Below, piece by piece: positions 52,692-63,561 of a stretch of 64,000 bases of DNA (position 1 is its first letter; every line of letters begins with the position of its first letter). The stretch is from positions 18,338 through 82,337 of IMG/VR virus record IMGVR_UViG_3300028490_000005; one strand, written 5' to 3'. The notes beneath the pieces are model-generated. The model worked only from the letters and a program-made list of their open reading frames with translations, was not told the DNA's origin and did not search any database. Made by a program: the position numbers and the translations under genes. Source of the DNA: a virus.

Positions 52692-54137
52692 ATGAATACA
52701 AATATAATTATGATGGCTGACAGTTACAAATACAGCCACTGGAAGCAATACCCTAATAATATGGTTTCAATGTTTGATTACGCAGAAGCACGTTCTGGTA
52801 AAGTTTACCCAGCAACTGTATTCTTCGGTCTACAATACTACATCAATGAATACCTTATGAAACCACTCACGGTCAATGATGTTTACGAAGCTAAAGACTT
52901 TGCACAAGAACACGGAATTCCGTTTAACCTTGATGGTTGGATGCATATTCTAAATGAACACGACGGTTTCCTTCCAGTAGAAATTAGAGCAGTCAAAGAG
53001 GGTACGCTTGTGCCAACGGGTAATGCACTATTCACTATTGAGTCAACTGACAAAAAAGTTCCGTGGATTGCTGGTTTCCTTGAAACACTTCTAATGAAAG
53101 TTTGGTATCCATGTAACGTGGCTACAAGAAGCTTCTATGTTAAAGAATCTATCGCTAGATTTTGGGCAGATACAGTAGACCCTGAAGAGCAATTTGGTAT
53201 TAACTTTGCTTACCACAACTTTGGTGATAGAGGTTCTAGTTCTCCTGAGTCAGCTGGTATCGGTGGTCTAGCACACCTTACTCAATTTATGGGTACAGAT
53301 AACTTCGACGCACTTAGATACGCAAAAGTGTATGGTGAAAAGGTCATAGGATTTAGTATTCCTGCTACAGAGCACTCTAGTACAACAGCGTGGGGTCAAG
53401 AGAACGAGCTTCAAATGATTATGAACCACATTGAAACAAATAAGGGTTCAGACATCATCGCAGCAGTTTGTGACTCATACGACTACCTTGCAACGGTTAA
53501 GGCTGTGACATCAGGGGAATTTAAGTCTAAGATTGAAAGTCCAGATTACCCTAAATTTGTAATCAGACCCGACTCTGGGGATCCAATTGAAATGGTAGAT
53601 GCTACACTTGCTATCATGGAAATGAACGGGGTTGAACTTACTGTAAATTCAAAAGGATATAAAGTCTTTAACAAGTATGGTATCATCTGGGGTGACGGAA
53701 TTGACAATGTAGTTATTGAAAAGCTTCTTAATCTTCTTAAGAAAAGAGGGTTTGCTGCGAGTAACATAGCATTTGGTTCAGGTGGTTGGCTAATGCAACA
53801 ACACGATAGAGATACTCAAGCGTGGGCAGTTAAATGTTCTAGTATTACAGTTGATACGGGTTCTCCTATAGAAGATGGGGCAGGAAAATTCTCTTGGGAA
53901 GAATTCCTAGTAGAACGTGACGTGTTCAAAGACCCAATTACTGCTCCGAACAAGAAAAGTAAGAAGGGTGTGCTTACACTATGGTACAACAAGGCGACCA
54001 AGACATACTTCACTGATAGTAGAAGTATGGACACAGATGGTCAAGTAATTGATTGTCTTAATATAGTGTACAGAAATGGTAAGGCTCCAAACCAAGTTAC
54101 GTTCACCGAAGTTCGCGAAACTTCTGGAGAACTGTAA
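52692..54137 (+). CDS. nadV: Nicotinamide phosphoribosyltransferase (NAMPT)
   Basis: DSYKYSHWKQYP, FFGLQY, HNFGDRG, IPATEHS, DSYD, IRPDSGDP, GDG, FGSGG, KDPIT, KKSKKG. Confidence 0.96.
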   Translation: MNTNIIMMADSYKYSHWKQYPNNMVSMFDYAEARSGKVYPATVFFGLQYYINEYLMKPLTVNDVYEAKDFAQEHGIPFNLDGWMHILNEHDGFLPVEIRAVKEGTLVPTGNALFTIESTDKKVPWIAGFLETLLMKVWYPCNVATRSFYVKESIARFWADTVDPEEQFGINFAYHNFGDRGSSSPESAGIGGLAHLTQFMGTDNFDALRYAKVYGEKVIGFSIPATEHSSTTAWGQENELQMIMNHIETNKGSDIIAAVCDSYDYLATVKAVTSGEFKSKIESPDYPKFVIRPDSGDPIEMVDATLAIMEMNGVELTVNSKGYKVFNKYGIIWGDGIDNVVIEKLLNLLKKRGFAASNIAFGSGGWLMQQHDRDTQAWAVKCSSITVDTGSPIEDGAGKFSWEEFLVERDVFKDPITAPNKKSKKGVLTLWYNKATKTYFTDSRSMDTDGQVIDCLNIVYRNGKAPNQVTFTEVRETSGEL

Positions 54138-54446
54138 TGGGTTGGCTACTGTACGTCATTGGATTCATAATAGTATTCACTTTAGTATATGTTTGGAACA
54201 TAGCAAATGCACAAAGCGTCTCAGGTAATTCAGATAATATTGTTTCCTTACCATGGGGATTATTTTTAAGTCTCATGAGTTGGGGTTCAATAGTATTTTT
54301 CCTAGTCGTGATTGTGATAGGGTCTACCATATATTTCTTCACCGAAACGGAGTGGGTTCAATCTCTAAATGATAAATTCACTGGTGTTAAAGAGAAAAAA
54401 GTACCAACTCCTCCATCAGGAAGAACTGGTCCATAAAGGAACAAAA

Positions 54447-55157
54447 ATGAACAAAGCAAAAATAAACAAAATCAAACACGCGTATAAGATACTCAAGGAA
54501 CTTCACGGTAACTCTTCTCCAGAAGATGAACTTATTGGGATTGTTTCAAGGGACTTCTCGGTATCTGTTGAAGATACTGAATGGGCTATTGATTACAACA
54601 ACGGCTCAGTTCTACCCGCAATAAAATATGGTATTGTTAAGGGGCGTTTCCAACCGTTCCACTTTGGTCACCAACATATCATTAATGAGATTATACTTGA
54701 TGGTAGAACACCTATTGTGATTATTGGTGATGATGACGGTAAAAACCCAGAAAAGAATCCTCTCACAATATCTCAAAGAATGCAACTTATTGAACAAGTG
54801 TTTCCTGGAATGTGTATATTTGTGCCAATAAAGGATAATAATGATTGGACAGAATGGTTTGCTTCAATTGAATCTGCACTTATTAATATTGCACCGAAAG
54901 AAGATATAGCACTGTTCTTCCACAATAAAGAAGTAGATAGATACGCTGAATTTGAATGTAATGGTAAGAAATACTGTAATGAATTTTACACCAAGATTTA
55001 CGAGGACGCTGGGTATAACCTAATTCCAGTTGAATTTGTAGAGCGTACAGATATCAAGGTAGACGCAGACGCAAGAAATATTCGAGAGAACTTTGAAGCA
55101 TTCAAGCACCTTATGGACGGACGTAATTACTGGAAACTGAAAGGATGGGGATGGTAA
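54447..55157 (+). CDS. nadM: NMN adenylyltransferase (NadM-type HxGH nucleotidyltransferase) with N-terminal extension
   Basis: GRFQPFHFGH, KNPLT..QR; second gene after NAMPT; AAGGA RBS before ATG 54447 (track start 54369). Confidence 0.8.
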   Translation: MNKAKINKIKHAYKILKELHGNSSPEDELIGIVSRDFSVSVEDTEWAIDYNNGSVLPAIKYGIVKGRFQPFHFGHQHIINEIILDGRTPIVIIGDDDGKNPEKNPLTISQRMQLIEQVFPGMCIFVPIKDNNDWTEWFASIESALINIAPKEDIALFFHNKEVDRYAEFECNGKKYCNEFYTKIYEDAGYNLIPVEFVERTDIKVDADARNIRENFEAFKHLMDGRNYWKLKGWGW

Positions 55158-55425
55158 CGGCTGGAGAAATTCTCCTAACTTCAATTTCATATAACAAGAA
55201 AAAATACGTGAGGTCTAAGATCAATAAGATGAATAAGATTTTTAATGACATTGAAAAGAATAATTCACATGATATTGAATTATATAATCTTCTTATGACA
55301 ACAATGAGATATAAGTTTGTTGAAGATGTTAAATCTTCAACATTAAGTGGTAGACAATTGGATTTTATGTTGAATGTAATTAAATCCATAACCCTAACGA
55401 AAATGAATAGAGTAGGAGAAATTGT

Positions 55426-55923
55426 ATGAAAATAGTATATGCACAAGAGGATTTAGATTATTCTAAACCATCTATATTTTTAGCTGGACCAACACCAAGG
55501 AGCGAAGATGTGAAGTCTTGGCGACCAGAAATGTTAGCTAAGATTGAAGCTGAATATGGTGATAAATTTACATGTTTTATACCTGAGATGAGAAATGGTT
55601 GGACAGATGATTTTGAATACCATGAACAAATTGATTGGGAATCACATGCTCTTGAAAGTTCAGATATAATTGTATTCTGGATACCAAGAAATATGAAGGA
55701 TATGCCCGCACTAACCACCAATGTGGAATTCGGTTATTGGTTGGCAAAAGACCCTTATAAAATGGTTGTCGGTATTCCTGAAGGTGCTGAACGTATGAGA
55801 TACATACAACGGTTACTAGAAGAACATGGAGTAGAAGAACAAACTACTATGGATGAAGTTGTTGAGTTTATAGACATAATTAAAGTAAATGAACACGATG
55901 ATTTTACGGGATGGGTATCATAG
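55426..55923 (+). CDS. Nucleoside 2-deoxyribosyltransferase-like protein
   Basis: IFLAGPTPR, W.PE, QIDWE, FWIPR, TTNVEFG. Confidence 0.8.
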   Translation: MKIVYAQEDLDYSKPSIFLAGPTPRSEDVKSWRPEMLAKIEAEYGDKFTCFIPEMRNGWTDDFEYHEQIDWESHALESSDIIVFWIPRNMKDMPALTTNVEFGYWLAKDPYKMVVGIPEGAERMRYIQRLLEEHGVEEQTTMDEVVEFIDIIKVNEHDDFTGWVS

Positions 55924-55926
55924 AAA

Positions 55927-58900
55927 ATGATAGAGAATTTTATTGATTCATGGAAATCATCGGGGGTTGTAGTAAGTGTGACTCCTAGATTAATCCCATA
56001 TGATGAAATAACAGTGGTTCCTCTAGGACCACCAATGAATAAGGACGAAAGGTTGAGAATGATGGGGTTTGTTAAGATAATAAAAAATGGCGAGGTAAAA
56101 TATGTTTCTATTCAGAGGAGTTGAGGTTTGTGACTGTGATTGTCACAAAGAGGGTAGAAATATCATGCACTTCATGGCTTGCTGTGATTTATGTGGTTTT
56201 GACTACATAAATCACGATGGTTCAATAAAAGAAGAAGTCTTGTATAAATTGCTTAGAATGGACTTCGTAGAAAAGGCAGAGGTAACATATGGCAAACTCA
56301 AAAATATCAAACATACCAAATAATGGGTGTGAAAGAAAATACAATCTAATATTTGAATTCGGTAAAAGAAATCGAATCCAACATTTCCTACAAGACGTTG
56401 AAAGGTTCAGAGATGTTTATGGTGATGAGACACTCAATGAAATGTTGGATTGGATAAAACACGATCAGTCAGAGTCATACAGTGAAAAGATTTCGGAAAA
56501 CTATGATCTTATATTGGAAGCAGTTCAAAAGGAAAGTTCATGAGTGGTGCGTTTATATTAGTATTGTTGTTCTTAGCATTTTTAATCATACCGAATAACG
56601 GTGAGAAAGCTCCTATAGATAAATTTTTCGAATGGTTGGACGGAAGAGGTATTAATGAAGAGTCTTTAAAACACAAGGGTGATAAAGAATTTATTCTAAA
56701 AATGATCAATGATGACATTCAAAAAGATAATGATAGAGATATAGAAATTATGGCAATGGGGTTCAAGAATAGGGATCTTACAAAAAAGATAACTGACATT
56801 GACCCTTACAAACGCTACATATTTCATGGTGGTTGCCATGGATGTATTGTACCTGAAAGAGATAGTATTTCTATGTGTTTAGGATGTCAATATTATAACC
56901 GTGATTTAAATGTTAGTCTATATGAAGGAAAAGATAATGAGAAATTGTGAAGTATGTGGGAAAAATGATTTAGCGACGATGGTACATAGTTCAAGTGTTG
57001 CTGGGGCAAGTTTCAACTTTTGCAGTTGTTGTAGTCCAATGGGTGCAGAGCCTTCTGGGTTAGTAGATTCATATATTTCATACGATAGTAATTCTGACAG
57101 TTATTATGATGAGTCAGATAATCATATGGAAATAGTTTTAGCAAATGGTTTGAAATTTCAGACTAGAGGAGAATATGTAAAATGGAGAGAAGAAAATAAA
57201 AATGGATGATTTAATAGAAGCATTACAAATATTTAGGAAGTACGGCAACCCAGATAACCCAACTCATTGTGAGCACGATGAAATGTGGATTGATATTGAT
57301 AATGAAGACGTATCAGACGCAGACATTAAAAAGCTTGACGATTTAGGGTTTTTTATAAATGAAAGTGAGGGAGGATTTAGTTCTTTCCGTTTTGGAAGCT
57401 GTTAAGCTTGTTTTAAGCGAAGTTACGGTATAATAGAGTATATTAAAATAAAGGTTCAAAAATGATAAAAGATTTACTAGAAAAGTATGAGGCAAAGCTT
57501 CAAGAGTTTCAAGCAGAATTTGACGAAGCGTATGAATCACAATACACAGAAAGATGTGATGAGTTAGATGAAGTTATTGAGTTATGTACTGAAATCATTG
57601 AAGATTTGAAAGGGTAAAGTGATGGATATGTTTAAAAATATAGATTGGCAAAAAGGTTTGTTAGAAGGTGCGTTGGCAGTAGGATTCTTTTTGATTGTTT
57701 ACTTAATGATCACTATTATGGTGTTCACTTCTGGGCGTCCAATTGATCCCAATTTACAATACATTTTAACTATACTCACAACAACCATCATGTATTTCAA
57801 TATGATGGATAAGCGTGATATGGATAAAAGGTTAGATGAGATTGTTGAAACTTTAGAGACAATTGAAGATACTACTGAGGCAACTTGGGATATTCAGCGT
57901 ATGGATGATGAAGATTTTACCATCGATGAACTTAGAGAAATGATTGAAGACCTTCAAATTGAAATTGATGTGAAATCAGAAAGTAAAGCAAGAGATTTAA
58001 AGTAATTGTCAATTTAAGCAAGGTTTAAGCTACATTAGGGTATAATAGTATATAAAGTTTGAAAGGCTTAAAATGGAAAATGGTTTAAATGTTATTGACA
58101 AAACTATATTAGGACTCACTGCAGGACTATTGATTACAATGGGTATATTTTATGAATCACCTGAAACAAGGAATACATTGGTTTGTAAGTATAGTTATCT
58201 TGTAAGGGACGTTGACTACTATAGTCAAGGTTATACGAATGAAATCCCAAGCACGGTAAATGGTTGTGTTCAAACAACAACTAATGTGTATTGTGGGACT
58301 ATGTCACTTGAAAGAACCAAAAAAGGTACAACATATTGCGAGAAGAAAGGTAAATAATGGTACAATACAATTTAGATATAAAAGACGCATTGGTTATGGC
58401 AACTGAATTACAAACAATTTCAGCGTGTGCTCAAACTAACGACGCAATCATATCAGACATATCTACTCAGGAAAGTTTAGTTGTTGAGGTGATGGCATTA
58501 GATTTCAATACGGTAAGTAATGAATATGAACCAAATCTCAAAAATGTATTTGATACAATTATATGTGCTTTAAAGTACAATATGAAGCCAGTGGGAGTTA
58601 CATATAATCTACTTGATTATTTGGTAAGTAAAATTCCTCAAATAAAAAATAACATAGAAGCATTAGATTACGCTACTCTGAACGCTGACGAAGAAGATAT
58701 GGACGAATTGAACGAACAATATTTAGTTCAGTCAGCTTTATTGAACCTCGTATATACATTGAGTAACAGTAACAAATTCGAAACGGTACAAACGAGACGA
58801 AAGGAACGTAATGATTCATAAGTTACTGAATGAAATTCTAACTGAAATGAACGAAAAAGCTGAAACAATTTTAGGCACTAAGATGATTAGACCTGAAGAT

Positions 58901-60147
58901 GCTATTTCAGCAATTCTTAAATTTGACGAATATGAAGGTAAATCAGAAAGACTTCATAGATTGTCAGAATACTTCACCGTTGAAAATGGAGAAGGTGTAC
59001 ACACATTTGACACATTAGATGAAGCTCAGGCGTTTGCTAAGGGTAAAGTGTATTATATGTATGTAACTAGATCAAAAAGGATATAAGATGTTTGATATAA
59101 TTAATAACGGAATGGTTGGTGGGGTAATCGGTACAGTAATACTCGCGTCTATTTTTATAGTTATATACATAACGACACCTGAAAAGGAAGACTAAATGGA
59201 AATTTTATTGAGTATACTCGAAGTTGTTGGTGGGGTAATCATGATAATTGGATTACTTTTTAACATCCAATTCATGACCGAAGGATATAAAGATTTCGAC
59301 TATGACTTCATCGGATATAATGGGTTTTTTGTATCATTAAATGAATTCAAGGACTCGTGGAGAGTCCTAGAAAATATATACCTTATCCCGAGAATGATAC
59401 TTTGGGTAATAATGGTGGTGGCTATATACGCATTTGTTACATTATTTGCTATAGGAACTCTTAGATGGGTTGTTTGGTTGATTGTAAAAAGAGAAAAATT
59501 ACTGGAGGTTTAGTATGAATAGAAAAAGAATGAGACAATTATTACCAGCAATGAAGTTTTGGGCACAAGGTGGTACGCTCCATCACTATGATTTCATTGA
59601 TGATACTTGGAAAGAAATGAAAGATGATATAAACTTCTTAGATGTTGGTCCAACATATATTATGGAAGACGGTCACTTTGAAGCAAGAAAAGCTCATGTA
59701 ATGGGTGAGTACCTTGAATATCCGACGTGTGGTAATGGGTGGATTAAAACTACTGAACCTGATTGGACTGCTGAAACATATAGACTAAGTTCCGACAATG
59801 AATTTAATTATCCTATATATAAAGAAGCCATCGACACTGGTGTTGTAGTGAAGTTTACTTCTCTATATGATTGGGAATGTGAAATACCAACGGAACATAG
59901 CGTTAAAAAAGGAACTCGACACACGGGTAGACAAACTCACGAAAACTACTTAATGTGGAAAGCGTATGTAAAATATGAATGGCAATATTCTTTTGTTGAA
60001 TACACAGATGAATGTGATGAAATTGAACACACCCAATATCAAATATCAAAAGAACATTTTGTTAATGAAGGTGAATTTATGAGAAAATATCCTTTTGGTA
60101 GGAGCTTTTCTCGCGTAGATAATAGTAAAAGAGAAAGGAGACTGTAA
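55927..60147 (+). other. Run of hypothetical genes, including Cys-rich, acidic and membrane proteins and an untracked acidic 51-aa ORF at 57462-57617
   Basis: Contiguous + strand ORFs; promoter repeats at 57402 and 58013. Confidence 0.55.
58013..58072 (+). promoter_or_regulatory. Early promoter + RBS repeat
   Basis: Near-identical to 7826. Confidence 0.85.
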
Positions 60148-60882
60148 ATGTTTAATATAGGAAGACTACATGAAACTATAATTGATGATTATGATTCAAA
60201 TAAATACATCAAACGGTTTGACAACGTTGTTATTGCAAAGGGTGGTGACGGTACGCTACTAACAGCGATTAAAGAATTTGGAGATCTCGGTCTTCCGTTC
60301 TGGGGAATTAATGCAGGAACAGTGGGTTTCCTAATGAATGAAAATCGCATCGATTGTTCAAATGTTGATAAAATCATAACGAAAGAATTCTCACGAATTA
60401 AAGTTGAGGTTACATATCTACAAAGTGTTCGTGATATGGCAAGCATCGTTAATAGAGATATTGAGGTTGTAGAAACATTTGAAGCCTTTAATGATATTAT
60501 GATTGGTGGGGACATGAATTCGTGGATATCATTTGATGTAACGGAAAAGGATGAAATCTTTGCGAAATTTAAAGGTGGTGGAATGATTATTAGTACACCA
60601 CAAGGTTCTACTGCAATTAATAAGAATAATAACGGGGTGGTTCTACCACTTAGTTCAAATATGTGGTCAATCACTGGTGATAAAACTGATAGACACATAG
60701 AATATGTTATTAAGCCACGTAAAATGATCGTTAAGGCTGAAAGTAGAACTGACATTACAGTATGGGTTGATGGATCAAATACCATCATTAAACGTGTAAA
60801 GAAGATTGAAGTGACCAAAGGCTCTAAAATTAGAGTTATGTTCAGTGACTTCGAAGATTTTAAAAAGAAAAGGAGAATATAA
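60148..60882 (+). CDS. nadK: NAD kinase
   Basis: GGDGT, GINAGTVGFL, AFND, GGG.IISTPQGSTA, WVDG. Confidence 0.9.
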   Translation: MFNIGRLHETIIDDYDSNKYIKRFDNVVIAKGGDGTLLTAIKEFGDLGLPFWGINAGTVGFLMNENRIDCSNVDKIITKEFSRIKVEVTYLQSVRDMASIVNRDIEVVETFEAFNDIMIGGDMNSWISFDVTEKDEIFAKFKGGGMIISTPQGSTAINKNNNGVVLPLSSNMWSITGDKTDRHIEYVIKPRKMIVKAESRTDITVWVDGSNTIIKRVKKIEVTKGSKIRVMFSDFEDFKKKRRI

Positions 60883-61277
60883 TGACGGGTTATTTAGATT
60901 TTGATAGAATAGAACACTTAGGGCTTATGGAAGTTAATGTCAGTGAATTACCAACTCAGGTGATTAAACTACAAGAAGAAGCAGGAGAGGTTGCTGCGGC
61001 ATATTTAGCGTATGCTGGTACAAACAACGCTTCTGGTTCAGCACTTAAAGAGGAAGACCTTTATTCGGCGTTACTTGAAGAAGTTATTGATGTGATGATT
61101 GTATGTGCTGATATCGTTAATAAAATGACTATTGACGAAGATGAACACGGAGTATTCTATGATGGTGAAGCTAAATTGAAAAAATTGGTTGACAGAAAGT
61201 TGACTAAATGGGGTTCAAAACAGAATCTCAGGCACGCAAAAGAGAAAATGGAAAAAATTGAAACTTTCTTGAAATAA
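60882..61277 (+). CDS. MazG-like NTP pyrophosphohydrolase
   Basis: KLQEEAGEV...EEVIDV, RKLTKW. Confidence 0.78.
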   Translation: MTGYLDFDRIEHLGLMEVNVSELPTQVIKLQEEAGEVAAAYLAYAGTNNASGSALKEEDLYSALLEEVIDVMIVCADIVNKMTIDEDEHGVFYDGEAKLKKLVDRKLTKWGSKQNLRHAKEKMEKIETFLK

Positions 61278-61332
61278 TACTAGGTAATCTCAGCTTATTA
61301 AATAACTATAATTTAATAGTGAAGGATTACTC

Positions 61333-61681
61333 ATGGCTCTACATACAATAAACGAAGTTGTTCAATGGTGTTACGATGCCATATAAAGAATCAAATCTTA
61401 CAAGTTCAAATTCAATCATAGATAAAACTCAAGCTTGGGTTGATAACGGCTTAGACGTAGATGGAATTCCATTCTTTCATAGAATAAACGAACTTTCATT
61501 TTTTGAAATAGAACAGCTATGTACTGATATGATGTTTTTATTAATATTTGTTTTCATTGTAGTAAAGATCATCGAAAACTCTAAAATTCTTTCTATTCTA
61601 TCAATTAAGGTAGACATATTAATGAATAAGAATGACCACGAAAAGTTTATTGAAAAAGAACTCTTTAGGGACTTAATGTAA
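61333..61681 (+). CDS. Late-promoter membrane protein, apparently frameshifted near 61381
   Basis: TTAAATAACT at 61298, AAGGA + ATG 61333, stop at 61386; the +1 frame continues to 61681 with one TM helix. Confidence 0.45.
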
Positions 61682-61907
61682 AGGATAAACAATGAAGCCA
61701 CTCGGCAGAAGACCAATTAATTTTCCAGGGAAAGAAGACTGTCACCCTCGTGACGGTTATATGAATTGGTGGGAAGATGTGATAGAACCAGATAAACGTC
61801 GGGAACGAAGAAACTCCAAAAAAGAAATTAGAAAAATTAAAGAAGATTTAAGCAAGGTTTAAGTTACATTACGCTATAATACATTATAACAATTAAGAAA
61901 GGTTTAT

Positions 61908-62991
61908 ATGTCAGTAGCACAAACTATTGCGAAACAAATTAATGGTATGGATCCAATGGCATTCTTTGCTTGGGGCACTTCCGAATTAACTGCTTTTTCA
62001 GAGTCAGAAGACGATCTAGGAGCTTTACGCTTCAAGGTAAGGAATTGTAGGAACTTCAGAGGAACAGCGTTTATAAAGGTCACTCTCGACTTCTCAGACA
62101 CGTATACGGTATCTCTATATAAACATAAAAACATTACGAAGTCAATTAAAGCAAAAATGTTAGAAGGCGATTGGAAATACGATGAAAAGGATTTCATTAA
62201 TGAAATCTCGACAGAAAAAGATGTTTACTTTGACCAACTGGTTACGGTAATAGATAAAATTGTAGGAGAAAAATAATGAGCGAAATGTATTTTAAAGATT
62301 GGAACGAAGCAACTGAATTTATGAAAGAAAACCCAGCAGATGGGGTTGATGTCGGTGATATGAAAATTGTAAACTCATCAGTGTTAATTGCTATGGTGAC
62401 TGATATGTCATTACTTAGTCGTATGGTACTTGGAGATTTGACTGGTCAGGAATTAGACACAAATGAACAACTATATGATTATCTTGCAAAAACTATAGTT
62501 TTGGATGATAAAAAGGTTATGGAATATGGTTTGGTTGTGGTGGCTCAACACAGTGGTTTGGGTGATGTTCTGTCTATGATCAATCCAGTGAGTGAAGGTA
62601 AGTAATGAGAAATTTTACAATAGAGAACTTTTTGTGTGACAAAACTTATGGTGGTATCTGGACCGCAAGTGACCTTGACGAAACGAACGAACAAGTTTTA
62701 AAATATTCGTTGAAAACACTTGAGAAGCATTACGGTTCAGATAGACCATACATCCAAGAACAAGCTAAAAAAGGCGAACAATTACGAAAGTATATGTACA
62801 TCGCTTGGTTATCTGGTGAACTACCTTTAGAAGAAACAGATCCTAGAAACTTTGACGAATCTGGTAATGAAGTTCACGGGTTTCATCTCTTTGTTATAGG
62901 TTTCACTGATTCACCTGAAAATTGTGTCGATGACATTAATGCGATGGGTGATGAAACATTTGATAAATTGGCAAAGGGTTTCTTTTATTAG
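61908..62991 (+). other. Three early hypothetical genes
   Basis: Promoter repeat at 61847; coupled ORFs. Confidence 0.6.
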
Positions 62992-63191
62992 AAACTCAAA
63001 TTAAGGATAAATTATGGAAAAATTGATAAAGAAATACCAATCAGAAATTAGAGAACTTGTAGCTTCAGTTGAAGAAAATTACGTTCAAAATAACTGTGAA
63101 GTATTAGACGCAATGGATATGGAAATTGAAACTTTGAGAAGAGTAGTAGATGACCTCAAAAATCTAAGAAAAAATTAACGAAAGGTTCGAA

Positions 63192-63497
63192 ATGAAAAAA
63201 CTATTTCTAATATCATTAACGGCGTTGATGTTTGTCGGTTGTACTGACTTTACGAAAACGAACACGAACACTAAATCTCCAACAGTAGAAACTGAAGAAG
63301 AAATGGCAAAAGGTGCAATATTCATAATGCGTCGAGGTTATCACAAAGGTTCATTTGAAATCTATTATAATCAATATAGTACGACAGTATCTTTTTATGA
63401 AATTTACATGGGTGATAGTGGAAAATGTGTAGCTTATGTAAATAAGGGTAGACCAACTGTAACTTGTGGAACATTTTCAATTCAGAAAATTATTTAG
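63192..63497 (+). CDS. Lipoprotein of the GC...CG.F.I family
   Basis: Lipobox FVGC; GKCVAY...TCGTFSIQK. Confidence 0.6.
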   Translation: MKKLFLISLTALMFVGCTDFTKTNTNTKSPTVETEEEMAKGAIFIMRRGYHKGSFEIYYNQYSTTVSFYEIYMGDSGKCVAYVNKGRPTVTCGTFSIQKII

Positions 63498-63561
63498 CAA
63501 ATTTAAGCAAGGTTTAAGCTACATTACGGTATAATAGAGTATAACAAAAGAAAGGTTCAAA

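Larger units (their letters stand above)
2734..63561 (+). repeat. Dispersed family of about 30 TTAAG-N6-TTAAG-N11-TATAAT promoters
   Basis: Copies (some degenerate) near 2734, 4149, 7826, 8362, 9079, 13224, 15864, 16636, 17023, 19370, 22220, 23576, 26782, 28567, 29276, 32560, 33770, 35815, 36202, 38808, 39066, 39989, 46587, 47665, 49416, 50840, 51888, 52344, 57402, 58013, 61847, 63502. Confidence 0.85.

Noticed and set aside
408-62197. Minus-strand ORFs in the track (for example 15494-16060, 25876-26538, 42541-42984, 60189-60818) and the + strand ORF 21911-22126
   Set aside because: They are shadows of well-supported genes on the opposite strand, with no RBS, promoter or recognisable motif
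7826-63561. Dispersed repeat as a CRISPR array or true integron attC sites
   Set aside because: Spacing is hundreds to thousands of bp and contains genes; no cas or integrase in the window; no RYYYAAC/GTTRRRY boxes; the repeat contains -10 and RBS elements
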